Below, one piece after another: positions 62,957 to 64,000 of a stretch of 64,000 nt of DNA. The translations under genes and the position numbers were made by a program. The stretch is from NCBI GenBank assembly GCA_018712435.1, contig DVGZ01000052.1:17504-81503 (forward strand). The letters run 5' to 3'. How positions within the stretch are numbered: the stretch's first letter is position 1; every line of letters starts with the position of its first letter. This DNA comes from Candidatus Caccousia avicola. Its GTDB lineage: Bacteria; Bacillota; Clostridia; Oscillospirales; Acutalibacteraceae. The notes beneath the pieces are model-generated. The model worked only from the letters and a program-made list of their open reading frames with translations, did not search any database and was not told the DNA's origin.

Positions 62957-64000
62957 TTACATACCCAGGAACTGCGGAGCCAGCGAAAGAATGATGCCGC
63001 CGGCCACAACAGAACCGATCTGACCCGCGACGTTCGCGCCGACCGCATGCATGAGCAGGTGGTTCTGGTTGTCCTCTTTGAGGGCCATCTTCTGGATCAC
63101 GCGAGCGGACATCGGGAACGCGGAAATGCCCGCGCCGCCGACCATCGGATTGATCTTCTTGTCCTTGGGCAGGAAGATGTTCAGCAGCTTCGCAAACAGC
63201 ACGCCGCCGATGGTGTCAAAGATGAAGGCAAACAGGCCGAGGGCCATGACGACGAGCGTGCCCCATGTCACAAAGATCTCCGCGCGCATCTGATAGGAAA
63301 TCGTGATGCCGAGGAAGATGGTGATGAGGTTCGCAAGCGGTCCCTGCGCCGTCTGAGACAGACTGTCGAGGCAGCCGCTCTCACGGATCAGGTTGCCGAA
63401 CATCAGGAAGCCCACGAGGGCCACGGAATCGGGAGCGATAAAGCCCGCGATGATGGTAACAATGATCGGGAACAGGATGCGGGTGGTCTTGCTGACCTTC
63501 GCCGGGTTGTAGGGCATGCGGATCATGCGCTCCTTCTTGGTGGTCACAAGACGGATGCACAGCGGCTGGATCACCGGCACAAGGGCCATGTACGAATACG
63601 CCGCCACCGCGATAGCGCCCTGATAACTGCTTCCCAGCTTCTGGGAAACCATGATGGAGGTCGGGCCGTCCGCCGCGCCGATGATACCGGCGCTCATGCC
63701 GTCGTTCATGTCAAAGCCGAGAAGGACCGCCAAAACGACCGTCAGGAAAATACCGAACTGCGCCGCTCCGCCGAAGAGAAGCATCCGCGGGTTGGAAAGC
63801 AGAGGGCCGAAATCGATCATCGCGCCGATGCCGATGAACAGCACGAGGGGAAACACCTCGTATACATTGATCCCCTTTTCGAACAGCCAGGTGATGATGC
63901 CGTGTTCCCCCACCACGCCCGAAAGCGGGAGGTTGACGAGGATCGCGCCGAAGCCCATGGGCAGCAAAAGGGCCGGTTCAAAGTCCTTTTTCACCGCCAG
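62957..64000 (-). CDS. Na+-translocating decarboxylase beta subunit (OadB/GcdB/MmdB family), 5' end outside the window
   Basis: The frame stays open to the window edge. ...LAVKKDFEPALLLPMGFGAILVNLP and DGPTSIMVS motifs are typical of the beta subunit. Confidence 0.85.
   Translation of the reverse strand: MAVKKDFEPALLLPMGFGAILVNLPLSGVVGEHGIITWLFEKGINVYEVFPLVLFIGIGAMIDFGPLLSNPRMLLFGGAAQFGIFLTVVLAVLLGFDMNDGMSAGIIGAADGPTSIMVSQKLGSSYQGAIAVAAYSYMALVPVIQPLCIRLVTTKKERMIRMPYNPAKVSKTTRILFPIIVTIIAGFIAPDSVALVGFLMFGNLIRESGCLDSLSQTAQGPLANLITIFLGITISYQMRAEIFVTWGTLVVMALGLFAFIFDTIGGVLFAKLLNIFLPKDKKINPMVGGAGISAFPMSARVIQKMALKEDNQNHLLMHAVGANVAGQIGSVVAGGIILSLAPQFLGM

Noticed and set aside
1-64000. Looked for mobile elements, prophage, defence systems, CRISPR-Cas and toxin-antitoxin pairs
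   Set aside because: I recognised no transposase, integrase, recombinase, nuclease/ATPase defence module or terminal inverted repeats. The only repeat family is the short double-hairpin element. Gene decay (GH31, SBP, AraC remnants) appears to be deletion-driven rather than IS-driven.

Overview
Product calls below come from motif and family recognition by eye; no database search or structure prediction was run. This is a GC-rich chromosomal segment, with a strong GC bias at third codon positions. It looks like a Clostridia-type gut anaerobe, probably an Oscillospiraceae-like butyrate producer, but that placement is inferred only from gene content. I can support about 50 protein-coding genes, 2 tRNAs (Pro-TGG and a CAT-anticodon tRNA), several intrinsic terminators and some sigma-A-like promoters. 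I saw no rRNA, CRISPR array, transposase, integrase or phage genes. Housekeeping genes (rsmE, glyQS, gatCAB, proS, the butyryl-CoA:acetate CoA-transferase gene but, and fapA/cheX-like motility genes) alternate with accessory glycan-utilisation loci. The glycan loci are: GH36 alpha-galactosidase; GH35 and GH42 beta-galactosidases; rhaBAD with an AraC regulator and a parallel beta-helix enzyme; a sulfatase / YesMN-type two-component system / LplABC-type ABC transporter / DUF4091 (GH123-like) locus; and a GH112 galacto-N-biose/lacto-N-biose phosphorylase locus with a second sulfatase, NahK and a nucleotidyltransferase. The most interesting signals: (1) two cytoplasmic Cys-type sulfatases sit inside host-glycan salvage loci, one wedged into a rearranged and partly decayed GNB/LNB pathway; (2) an 873-aa secreted repeat protein with no recognisable anchor; (3) a Cys-rich collagen-like (Gly-X-Y) protein; (4) a GH31 N-terminal fragment fused in frame to pyroglutamyl peptidase; (5) a double-hairpin intergenic repeat present twice with compensatory stem changes; (6) a rhodanese-fused CoA-disulfide reductase paired with a stand-alone AsrC-like Fe-S protein. 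Almost every long gene also carries a 600-850 codon stop-free antisense frame, which I interpret as a codon-usage artefact and reject.
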